Source: Tubiluchus corallicola (taxonomy: Eukaryota > Animalia > Priapulida). From it: a stretch of 34,197 bases of DNA. The stretch's first letter is position 1. The number at the start of each line of letters is the position of its first letter. The position numbers and the translations under genes were made by a program. The notes below the pieces were generated by a model. The model was not told the DNA's origin. It searched no databases and saw only the letters and a list, made by a program, of their open reading frames with translations. The DNA lies in assembly GCA_030141605.1 (NCBI GenBank), contig JAQGDQ010001574.1, forward strand, positions 1 through 34,197, in the 5' to 3' direction. Shown piece after piece: positions 12,481 to 23,795 of this stretch.

Positions 12481-13061
12481 TCAGTGTGAACAGAATTGTC
12501 GAAATCATGCATTTTCACACGTCAAAAGAACAGTTACGGTAACTATTCCCAATAGCTGCGAACGCAACCAACTACGGAGGCGTTACAGTTGTGAGCCAAA
12601 CGTTCCGATATCACCAAAGATCTTTCTAAAATATTCTAGCTAATTAGGCCTATGTATGGAGTGAAAACGGTATAAGTCCAGGCTAATCTAACTAAAATAA
12701 TTGGTATAGTGGTTGCGTTAGAGTCAGTTTATTATAGTGGTTAAAGCTGCTTGCTGATTATTGTTGTTTATTGCGTGGCGTGTGAGGTAGCCACGATGGG
12801 CAAGGCAAACTAACAAGACTTTATTTAATAAACTACACGTTTGTTAAACAACAAACACAACACTGTAAATATAAGAGGATAGTAAAGCCAGCCCTCCGTC
12901 TTCAAGTCAGTTCCTAATATGCCCGAGGTTTCGGGTCTCAAAACACTTTTGTCTAACTACCTAATGTGCCGTGAGCTTCTGCGCATAAGGATTACATCAT
13001 CAATGTTTACTTCTGAGTCAGCCGGTCGAACATCAGCTGATCACGTGATGCCACACCTAAC
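12481..13061 (-). repeat. Right arm of the ~580-bp inverted repeat pair
   Basis: Reverse complement of 8492-9072. Confidence 0.93.
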
Positions 13062-13239
13062 TAGGCTTCTATCCACGACAATAGTTTAATCTTGAATTAT
13101 AAAGTCCAAATAATGAAACTGTTGAAGTCTGAAAAGTTGAAGCACAAGAAAACACTCTCCATAAATAAATCTTAAAAAATCCGTCTTTAAATTCATGTTA
13201 TTTAGTTGCTGTCTTATTGCACCCAGGGCTTGTCGTCTT

Positions 13240-13705
13240 GAATAAATGAATGAATGAATGAGTTTTGTGAATGAATGAATGAATGAATAAATGAATGAAT
13301 GAATGAATGAATGAATGAATGAATGACTAAATGAATGAATGAATGAATGAATGAATGAATGAATGAATGAATGAATGAATGAATGAATGAATGAATGAAT
13401 GAATGAATGAATGAATAAATGAATGAATGAATGAATGAATGAATGAATGAATGAATGAATGAATGAATGAATGAATGAATGAATGAATGAATGAATGAAT
13501 GAATGAATGAATGAATGAATGAACGATGAATGAATAAATGAATGCATGAATGAATGAACGAACAAATGAGTCAATCAATCAATCAATCAATCAATGAAAA
13601 GTGAACGAAACAGAAAAAGAATGAATGAATGAATGAATGAATAAAGGAACAAGTGAACGAAGAAATGAATCAATGAACGAAAAGAACGATTGAACGAATG
13701 AACGG
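13240..13705. repeat. (GAAT)n microsatellite with degenerate tail
   Basis: Seen directly. Confidence 0.95.
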
Positions 13706-13884
13706 TAAACGAGAACATTTCCGTTTATAAAAGTGTCACAGCAAAACAACCAACCTCTATACTTTTTGGATGCAAAAACTAAAATTACAATTTAAAAAAC
13801 AATATTTAACATTGGACCAAGACAATCCTCGTACATAAATAATAAATAAATTAGAACTTAATAGCCAAAACAGTTTCTCTAAAA

Positions 13885-14265
13885 CAGTGGTTCCCAAACT
13901 TTCTCGGACCGTTACCCAAATCGGGAAACCCGGTCGTGTCCATTACCCCCCACCTAGTACTACTTCTCCAACTCAAAAAGTAAACACACGTATATGCCAC
14001 AAGCAAGCAAAATTATTTATGTTTGCTCGTGACATAAATAAACTTCCAGGTGTTGTTGTTGCATTGTTGCCAAAACAAGAATTACAATTACTGAACCTGC
14101 TCATTACTGAGTGAGCAGGTAGTCTCTTCAAGAAGAAAACTACGTAAAATGCATTCCGAGCGAAGTTTTAAAAATTTTCAGAGGGGTGCCCATTACCCCC
14201 CCCCCCAAAAAAAACATATTACTCACGGGGGGGGGGGTAATTTACCCCTACTTTGAGAACCACTG
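13885..14265. mobile_element. hAT (Charlie-like) MITE
   Basis: TIRs CAGTGGTTCCCAAA / TTTGAGAACCACTG; perfect 8-bp TSD CTCTAAAA at 13877-13884 and 14266-14273. Confidence 0.9.
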
Positions 14266-14864
14266 CTCTAAAACTATGTCAGCTTTGCATAAATAATAGG
14301 CCTAATCACTGAAGCTTGAAATCAAAGCTCTGTGCACACAACACCATACAGAATTAAGATAAGATTTATCTCAACGTCTTAAGGTAAAAGTTAATCCGAT
14401 TGTGCAGAAATTCGCCAAGAAGTCACACCTGTAAGAGAAATTACATGTTCTAAGAATTGTAAGAATGTAAAGATAATTCCTCCCCCGAGGCCATTCGTTT
14501 GAATAAAACCCCAAAAAAGAGGTACTGACAGCATTGCTGCGTGCGTGAGCGAGTGGGTGCGCGCGTGCGTGTGCGTGCGTGCGTGTCTTGTACGTGTGTA
14601 ACCAGAAACTAAACAAAACACCATAAAATGTCAATGATTAAATTATCGTTATCTAGAGGAGTAGACAGAGAAAAGGAGAGCGAAAGAATGAGCGAATGAA
14701 CGAAAAAAATAAGAAGCAAAGGAATAAACTGTTGACCGACTCACTGACTGAGTGACTCCACTACCTTTAAACAAAGCTAATGAACTCAAATAACTGAATA
14801 GAAACAAACGAAGTAACGTGCTAGCAACAACAGAGAGAAGTGAAAAGGAGCGAAAAATGATTAG

Positions 14865-15545
<681 letters not shown>

Positions 15546-15899
15546 TTAACACAACCAACACACAAACATGCAAACAAAGCAAAGAAAATGCAACAAACAA
15601 ATCAAGATGCAAACACAAACAAAGGAACAAAACAAAAAAGCTGGATAAGTCTAAATAATTTTCCTCATCGCCTCTAGTAAAGAGAACCTGTTAAACTATG
15701 TTAAAAGCATTGGATCACGATAGATAATTATGTTGATAAATGCTGGCACGAAGCCAGTTAAGCAGTGGTGTCACGTGAGCAAGTGATTCAGAATCGAGGC
15801 GTCGAAGCTCGGCGCACGAGATATAAGCCTTGTGATGCGCCCAGCTCAAGGGATTGAGTCTGGGAGCTGAAGGAGAGGTCAGGGGGCTTGGCATTACTA

Positions 15900-16220
15900 C
15901 TGTCAACCCTTGTTAAACCGGACTAATTGGGAGGGGGGGGTCCGGTTTAGCCGATTGTCCGATTTATCCGATATGCCTATATATGGTCTGTATTATACAG
16001 GAATAATCACCTTAATAAGGCCTATATACATTGCACTATATACTATACTGTATATTACTTTAAAATAGTTAACCTGTGAGGATAAAGAAATAATTGTACA
16101 GCTGGTAGGCCGTGTTGTGTTTAGCGCTCGGGCTCGGACGGAAATCGGTCAGTTTCCTTTACCACGGATGACGTCCGTCTTATCCGGGCTAACGGGGTCC
16201 GGTTTAACGAGGGTCGACTG
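15900..16220. mobile_element. Tc1/mariner-pogo-type MITE inserted into an older repeat
   Basis: TIRs CTGTCAACCCTTGTTAAACCGGAC / GTCCGGTTTAACGAGGGTCGACTG, TA on both sides; an empty-site paralog lies at 32428-32484. Confidence 0.85.
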
Positions 16221-16506
16221 TATCTGTTATATTTATCGTGTTTGGATGTTCAATAAACGTGCAGTTTTATAATCAGACTCTTCATAGTTTTGCCATCCCT
16301 AAAACACCAATAATCAGCTTCACACAACCAATGCAACGAACTATTTTACTCATCTGCCAGCTTAAATTTTGAACTGTATCTGTATGAGAAAACCTGCGTA
16401 CGAAATAACTGGGTCATATTGCACTGCTCAGCCAGGCAAAACTGCCATTCTATGATAAATCACATTCTTAATAACAATAATTATGTCAATATGATTTTTT
16501 TTTCAG

Positions 16507-16571
16507 AAACACAAGTTCTACGTCGAGAACGGTACGAACGAATTATACCCACAGCGGTACCAAACTCCATC
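16507..16571 (+). CDS. SH2 adaptor gene exon 2 (KHKFYVENGTNELYPQRYQTPS)
   Basis: tttttttttcag| acceptor and |gtaagt donor; phase 0 to 2; joins exon 3 as ...TPS-WFF. Confidence 0.85.
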
Positions 16572-17341
16572 GTAAGTGACGTTTCCTGACAATTACTGTA
16601 AATAACTACTGTAAATAATTACTGTAAATATTTGCACAATGCGTCGGCAGCGTTAATATGAATCATTAAGTTATTACCGGAAAGAAAACTGCTGTTTAAT
16701 GCGATTATATCTTAGAATTATTTTCCTTTGTCATTTTCTCTTTAATGAATGTTTTAATCCTATTATATTTCCCTAATGACGTTGAAAAAGTTGGGAATTA
16801 CTGTAAGCAATAACGCGCATGCGCAGCATAGAACTTATTGTGGATAAAAATGCTAGAATAGTAGTCTTCCTTTGTCCGTCTGTAAAGTCAAGCATGTTTT
16901 TGTTATGCATGATTTATATAAGGACTACGCCAACAACTGCTTGTCGTGTGTTAGGAAAAGCAACTATTACTTATAAAGGAAAGAGCGAGGAGTCATTTAA
17001 CATGTTGGGTTTATTTTACTGTTATCACTTAAACTTAGAAAAATCTAACAAGGAAATTTGCAGAAAAACTGTCTATAAAGCAGAAGGTTAATGTATACTA
17101 CCTCTGAATAGGAATTTTCAGGCCCAGTGGTAGCTATTGAAAATTATGACGTAACTGGTGGACTCCGTGACTTTCCGTAAGAGCATCGTGGCTTTCCGTA
17201 ACCGCGAGCTACTTAAACTTCTGCAGCTGACTTAATGTTCATACAAAAACATCACAAAAATAGTCATCTAATTTTGTTTTGTAAAAACTTAGTACATTTT
17301 TGAGGAAGATGGACATGAGCGTTTGAAATGGAAGCGCTTAA

Positions 17342-17941
17342 AGTGCAAGACAACCCTCCACTTACATAAAGCTTAAAAAATTCGTTGCAAAATTTTATAC
17401 GACTTACTACTACCTTTTCGTATGCAGGGCTTGCATAAAACGTGTAAATTTAAACTCCCGCGATGATCGATGGTAGGTCATTTGAAACAAGTTTTGATAA
17501 CATTAAGTAAAGTTTGAAAAAATAATCAGAGCATTCGTAGCATACATCTTGCTACTTGAGTAAAATTTTAAATTAATGTATCTTGTCAATAAGATTAAAA
17601 GTATCTGTTTGGCTAGTGAGTGGCGCACCCTGGAGGGTGAGCCAGCGACATTTTACCAATTGGCACAGACATTTTAAATTATTAGTCTAGTTACGTAAGT
17701 CTTTCCAGCAGGTAAGTGAAATGCTAAGTAATATAGATTAGCACGGAAAGTTTTTAGGGGCATAATTTAACATTGCCTTTTCTTCCCCTGATTTACGTGA
17801 CGTAGTGACGTCATGTAATGGCGCCGTCGGAACAGTATTGCGGGAGAATTAAAATGAAGACAAAGGAAAATTGCTGTAAAGTAATATAATCTTTAAGGCA
17901 ATTTTTCTGAAACCTACTTCAGGTGCCCCTATTCTTGTCCT
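17342..17941 (+). mobile_element. Family B TTAA MITE (Kolobok-like), full-length copy
   Basis: TTAA-AGTGCAAGA ... TCTTGTCCT-TTAA; the flanks rejoin into the repeat seen intact at ~2100-2330. Confidence 0.82.
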
Positions 17942-18186
17942 TTAAGCATGAAGTGATCACTACTTTAATGTGATTTTACCAATTACACGACGTGCTTATC
18001 ACACTTTTATTACTAAATCGTTCTGACATTTCTTTTGAACAATTGAGCCTAAGTTCCCAGAAGGCCAGGCCTTTCCTTTATCACATACTCATTAGAAACT
18101 GCTTTTTGTGTGTTAGCAATGCAAACACCTAAATATTACCTAGCACTTATTTCCACGTTTTAAGCTACCAGTGTTAAACTTATTAA

Positions 18187-18787
18187 AGCAAAACCGCACC
18201 CAAAGTTAAACTGTAGGTCAAAACAACCTATTCTATAAATTATTGAAATGAAACATGCTATTTTTTCAAAAATGCCCTACGTGAAAGAATTATTACCAGA
18301 CAAACTCAATTTCACGTTCGCGTCACTAGTTCTTTGCTGTTACATGCATTTCGCCATTCGCTAGTTTAGACGGGCACTAGCGCCTGCATTTTGGAAACGC
18401 GTTGCTCAAAAAACAGGTGCTGTGTTTCTCAGTTCAGATGTGCTAGTTTCTGACGAACGACGGTAACTTCGACAGCGGTAAATTTGAAATTTGAATTTTT
18501 ATCTTAAAAATTGGCTAGTTTTATTACAACACACTGAATATCTTACAGTAGCACTGTACTTCAATTTTCACTTTTGTAAACACGTGCAACACGCTCATGG
18601 AATATGTTTGCTGTTGAAGATTGTTCGTTTGTGACGTCATCAATAGTTGGGCTCGCCCACCGTTAATTAAGATTTTAATCTATTATTTAATTATCAGAAA
18701 CGCTTTGAAGTATTAATCGTTTTAAAATGTATACTATTTATCGTACTTGAAAATGGGACAGTATATAAAAAATCATCCGGTCTTCCT
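18187..18787 (+). mobile_element. Family A TTAA MITE (Kolobok-like), copy 2
   Basis: TTAA-AGCAAAA ... TCTTCCT-TTAA; homologous to 3514-4110. Confidence 0.72.
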
Positions 18788-18831
18788 TTAAATAAAATGA
18801 AATGTTCATTGTCACTTTTTTCCAATTTCAG

Positions 18832-18969
18832 ATGGTTCTTTGACAACGTCACACGCAACAGTTCAGAGGTGATTTTAACAAGAGGCAAGAAATATGGCAG
18901 CATCTTGATGCGAGAGAGTAGCACTTGTAGCGGAAATTACGTCATTTCCGCCAGATATGATCACGGAAA
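18832..18969 (+). CDS. SH2 adaptor gene exon 3, N-terminal half of SH2 domain
   Basis: WFFDNVTRNSSEVILTRGKKYGSILMRESSTCSGNYVISARYDHG contains W-F/Y, alphaA Arg and a FLVRES-like ILMRES motif; ttttttccaatttcag| acceptor, |gtgcgt donor; phase 2-2. Confidence 0.92.
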
Positions 18970-19081
18970 GTGCGTGATTTTTTGTTGTTTTTACACCCAT
19001 TTAAAAGACTTGGTGCTTAGGGTTTGAGTTTAACAGCGAATTCAGAATTACAACAATTATTAAACTTTATTAGCATCACAA

Positions 19082-19259
<178 letters not shown>

Positions 19260-19585
19260 AATAATTAATTAATTATCATTAATCATCTTGTGTAAATATG
19301 AATCAGCAATATTTTCTGTAAAAAATGCACTATTTTGTTTAAATAAGCAATTCGCTGTTAAATAAGCACGCAAATTTCATCTTTTCGGAATACAGGTGGC
19401 GCAACATGCTGCACCTCCAATTACGCAGCAATTCACGTCATATTACATGTGTGTAAATTCACAATCGCTTTACAATTTACAATTATCGTTGTACAAATTA
19501 ACATTTTGTAAGCTATACATTTTGTAAAACTGGGCTTAGCTCAAATGATCTTTAATCAGAAGTAAAAGTTTCATTTTGATTTCAG

Positions 19586-19673
19586 TTCGATAGAAATATG
19601 TCACTATGAGGTAGAAACAGTTCGTCATCGGAATGGAAAAGTTGAATTTACATTGAGAATTGAACCGGGCAAG
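19586..19673 (+). CDS. SH2 adaptor gene exon 4 (betaD-betaE: SIEICHYEVETVRHRNGKVEFTLRIEPGK)
   Basis: ttttgatttcag| acceptor, AAG|gtaatt donor; contains the SH2 HYxV motif; phase 2 to 0. Confidence 0.9.
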
Positions 19674-19994
19674 GTAATTCTGAAAATTAACAGTAGATGG
19701 CGCCAGGCATACAATAGTGGATAGGTGTAAAGTGCCGAAGTAGTGCTATTACTAATGCATATGTATGTGTGCCGTTTAATAAACATGTTCCTGATGATTT
19801 GCTTTATTACGATCCCTGCGCCATCTATAAACAGAAAAGTTAATAGAAAATGCTGGTCACTATTGGCTAGGATGCTGATGATGTCTAAGTTTATAGAAGT
19901 ACAACACTGAATGTATGCCCACTTCACAGTATACATTCTATAAGACAGCAGCGCCCCCTATTAGCAGAAAATGCAAGAAAAGTTATTTGTAGTT

Positions 19995-20656
19995 TGAAGC
20001 AGAAACCACGCCCAATCTTAAATTGTAGCTCAAAATCATCTACTCCACAAAATGGCAACACTGTTTTTTCAAGAATGACTTAATTGAAAGAATTATTACC
20101 ACAGAAAACGTAATTTTGCATTTGCGCCACTATTACGTGCAATTTGTCATTTGGTAAGTTATGTGGGCACTAACAAACGCGAGTGGGAAAAGGCGATTAC
20201 TTAAAACAGGTGCTGTTCCTGTCAGTTTTCGTCCAGTTGTGACGTTGTGCACACGTCCAGTTTTGAATTTTAAATTTTCGCTTTCGCAAACACATGCAAC
20301 TGGCTAGTGGACTGTTTGTGCTGTTGAAAATTATGTTCAGTTATGTCGTCAAGACTAACAGGGGTCATCTGACTGGTCATTAATTAAGTTTTTAATCTAT
20401 TATTTAATAATCAGAAACGCTTTGGCATTATTAAAGATGTTAACATGTATACTTTTAACCGTACTTCAAAATGGAGTAAGATATGGAGAATCATCATGTA
20501 TACTTTTAACCGTACTTCAAAATGGAGTAAGATATGGAGAATCATCATGTATACTTTTAACCGTACTTCAAAATGGAGTAAGATATGGAAATCATCATGT
20601 ATACTTTTAACCGTACTTCAAAATGGAGTAAGATATGGAAAATCATCATGTTTTCC
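19995..20656 (+). mobile_element. Family A MITE copy 3 (diverged), with an internal 51-bp x4 tandem amplification at 20444-20648
   Basis: Homology to 18187-18787; ends TTTTCCT-TTAA; unit CATGTATACTTTTAACCGTACTTCAAAATGGAGTAAGATATGGAGAATCAT. Confidence 0.7.
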
Positions 20657-21047
20657 TTTAACTAAAAGAAACTAAATTTTACTGAACCACTTATCATTGT
20701 ACATGCGACTTGCAAGGTACAATGAGTCATTTTAGACAACCTATCGTAAGTAATGTATGGAGATTAAGTCATGTAAGTCATAAATACTTAAAGAAGTAAA
20801 ATATGATAGAGCCAGAACGGCATTATTAGACGACCTACTCGACCACCAGATTGTAACACGTGAATTTTTACAAAAAATATAATCCTGTATTGTTATACAG
20901 AAACATATTCCAAAAATTCAAAACTGTTCCACCATCTTGCTTTATTAATTATTAGTAATAATAAAAATAATGATAATAATAATAATAATAATAGTAAATA
21001 TTATTATTATTATTGTTGGTGTTGTTGTTGTTGTTGCTGTTGTTGTT

Positions 21048-21078
<31 letters not shown>

Positions 21079-21264
21079 TTATTACTGTGTTTTATTGTAT
21101 ATTGTGTTGACAATTATACCCCATGTGCGGGGTTTTGTCTGTGTAGTTTTTTCTTCGCTTTAATGTACTGCATAGTTTTTATGTAGTGTTTTGTAACTCG
21201 TAATTGTATTGATTGTAAATCGTCAATAAAATATTTATTTGTTATCCATAGTTTATTACAGCAG

Positions 21265-21326
21265 ATTATTAAATCAACCTTTCGCGTTACAATACAATAG
21301 AATTGATGATGATGATGATAATGATG

Positions 21327-21421
<95 letters not shown>

Positions 21422-21468
21422 TACTATTATTATTAAATCAATCTTTCGCGTTACAATACAATAGAATT
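21265..21468. repeat. (GAT)/(AAT)n microsatellite flanked by a 40-bp direct repeat
   Basis: ATTATTAAATCAA(C/T)CTTTCGCGTTACAATACAATAGAATT at 21265-21304 and 21429-21468. Confidence 0.9.
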
Positions 21469-21847
21469 TAATGTTGTAAATGTATTTTTATTATTATTGT
21501 CGTTATTAAAATATCATGTTCATACTGTTCGTGTATGTAAGTTTAATCAAAATCTGCTGATTGCAATTGCATCAAATGCTTTATCAAATCAAGTGTCATA
21601 ATTATTAGTTGTGATGTTCATTATTCTTTTAATTACACTTTTCACTCAGCACTTGTACCGTGGAGATACCTGTATCAGACCCAGTCTGTTTGTTTTGTAA
21701 ATCCACTATAAATAAATCAAGTTTAAACTAAACAATTTAATTAAATAACCACAGACTGCACTTTTGCTAAAACGTCACTTTAATTCTTGCACATTTTTGC
21801 AAAAGAATAAAGTTAATGAAATTGTAATTCGACTGTGTACCTTTCAG

Positions 21848-21983
21848 CATCCACCCAGACCATCATTAACTGACATTCTCATCTACTTCATGAAGCTGAA
21901 TCCAGAACTGGTTCCCATGGTTACGAACAACTGGGACACGCTGGGTATAAAATGTCCGGACTTCATCTACATGAATGCAACAG
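21848..21983 (+). CDS. SH2 adaptor gene exon 5 (SH2 alphaB and C-terminus: HPPRPSLTDILIYFMKLNPELVPM...FIYMNAT)
   Basis: ctttcag| acceptor, CAG|gtgtca donor; SLxxLxxYF alphaB motif; phase 0 to 1. Confidence 0.88.
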
Positions 21984-22036
21984 GTGTCAAACTTTTTGCA
22001 CTTTTTTTACACTTATAATAGTTATTATCAGTTTTT

Positions 22037-22157
22037 AACTACGGGCAAATCACGTTGAAAACACCGGTTTTTGTCTGATCACCGAATTTTAAGCAACGTA
22101 GAGCCTGGTTAGTACTTGGATGGGTGACCGCCTAGGAATACCAGGTGCTGTAGGCTT
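22037..22157 (+). pseudogene. 5S rRNA-derived sequence (head of a SINE3-like element rather than a functional 5S gene)
   Basis: Near full-length 5S match, including GGTTAGTACTTGGATGGGTGACCGCC and GTGCTGTAGGCTT; several substitutions; no oligo-T Pol III terminator after the 3' end. Confidence 0.85.
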
Positions 22158-22538
22158 GGGGGATGCCTACACTGTATCTCGACACTAGGCGAAGGAGCTG
22201 TACAAGCAACCAACGGCTAGAGGGCGGTGGAGGTAAAGTGACCCAACGGCCATGTGTAGAGGAGTAAACCTTCCAAATCAGGAGTGGAGCCCCGAAGGCG
22301 GACCAGTGCAGCATGCTCACTGACTCCGGCAGCTTCTGCAGCCAACCTGGTGCCAAACGTATCGCTCCGCTTTCCTTTGGACTACACCAGGGAGGAAGAG
22401 AGGGGGTTCCTGTTGTCTGGGCAACTCAGGATCTTGGGTTACACCTTGCCCAAGCGTGTGCCCTGGAGACGTTCAAGGATCGGACTCTCTTGGCGCACGT
22501 TCCATTGTCTTCCGAGACAGAAGGATGCCAACAATAAC
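22037..22538 (+). mobile_element. 5S-headed SINE (SINE3-like) with a ~375-nt GC-rich body
   Basis: 5S head reads directly into a GC-rich body ending CAACAATAAC; candidate TSD AGTTATTAT at 22020-22028 and 22539-22547. Confidence 0.7.
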
Positions 22539-22843
22539 AGTTATTATTGTACCATGAAACAGCTACTTGCTAACCCACTAACTTACTAACGAAATCACTG
22601 AGCAACTGTTTGGCTGGTAGGTTGGTCGACTTGCAAAGTGACTGACCGACTCACCGAATTGATGGCTAAATGACTAGCTAATGATTGATTAACTGTCTAC
22701 CTGCCTGCCTGCCTGCCTGATTTACTGACTGATTACCTGGCTTACCAAATAGCTGAATAACTGAGTGGCTGGATGACTTCTGATTGCTGAAAAAACTTAG
22801 TAATTACCTATCTACCTGTTTGCCTGCCGGCTTGCCTGACTTA

Positions 22844-23298
22844 CCGTATTTTCCCGTGTATAAGAGACCCTTTTTTGCTCAGAATTTTCACTTTAAAAAT
22901 AGGGGGTCTCTTATACATGGGAGTAAGTCTTTTCAATAAGATGCATAAATTGTGACACTAATGATTTTAAAGAAATAAGTGCTCTACAACTGTTTTGCGT
23001 GTCGCGTTCGACTATGAAGCGGTTGTAAGCAATACAAGCATCGTGACACAGGCATTATCTCCTCGTTTTCTCTTTTCCTGTTACAGGTTTGCAGGTACGC
23101 ACTTTAATATATACCAGTACTCTTTTTCTACAACACATTAACTGGTTTTATTTTGTTTTCAGTACCGCACTGAGTTGAAAAAAGTTGTACTCTACCCTCT
23201 AAAAATGTCCGTCTGAAAAAACTTTTTTCCAGAATTTTTGCCTAAAAATTGAAGGGGTCTCTTATACACAAGGGTCTCTTATACACGGGAAAATACGG
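22844..23298. mobile_element. Tc1/mariner-pogo-type MITE
   Basis: Perfect 27-bp TIRs CCGTATTTTCCCGTGTATAAGAGACCC, TA TSD, internal repeats of GGGTCTCTTATACA. Confidence 0.92.
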
Positions 23299-23795
23299 TA
23301 CTTACTGACCGACTGACCAACCACCTATCACTTATTCCCAACACATACCATAATAATACTACACAATATAAGCAATTAAGCATTTATGGAAAATTTTATG
23401 GTTTTATGGAGTCAAAACCCAAAACAATGAAATCAAATTAAATGAGTATGTTAGAGCTGCATAGTCACAATGTATGTTTAGGAACAGAAGTTAGGCAATG
23501 CGGAGACTGATCAGTAAACAGATGGTTGAGTGATAGCAAAATAAATTCTAGGTGCTTTTGCATGCCACACAGTTTCGTTTTTAAAGATGTTTTGGTTTGG
23601 AAGATTAATTGATAATGAGTTACAGTCCTTCAACGCATGCATATAACTCATGATAGCACGTGTAATAATGTTATTTAAACTGCAAAATGCTAATTATCCC
23701 CACATTTTATAGGTGATATTCCGAGGTCTTGGAGCAGGGGGAGCTGTGAATTGACTGAAGAGCCGACAAGAATGCGAAGAATTTGTTCAACAAGC

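Noticed and set aside
22037-22157. Functional 5S rRNA gene
   Set aside because: Single copy, substitutions relative to typical metazoan 5S, and no oligo-T terminator
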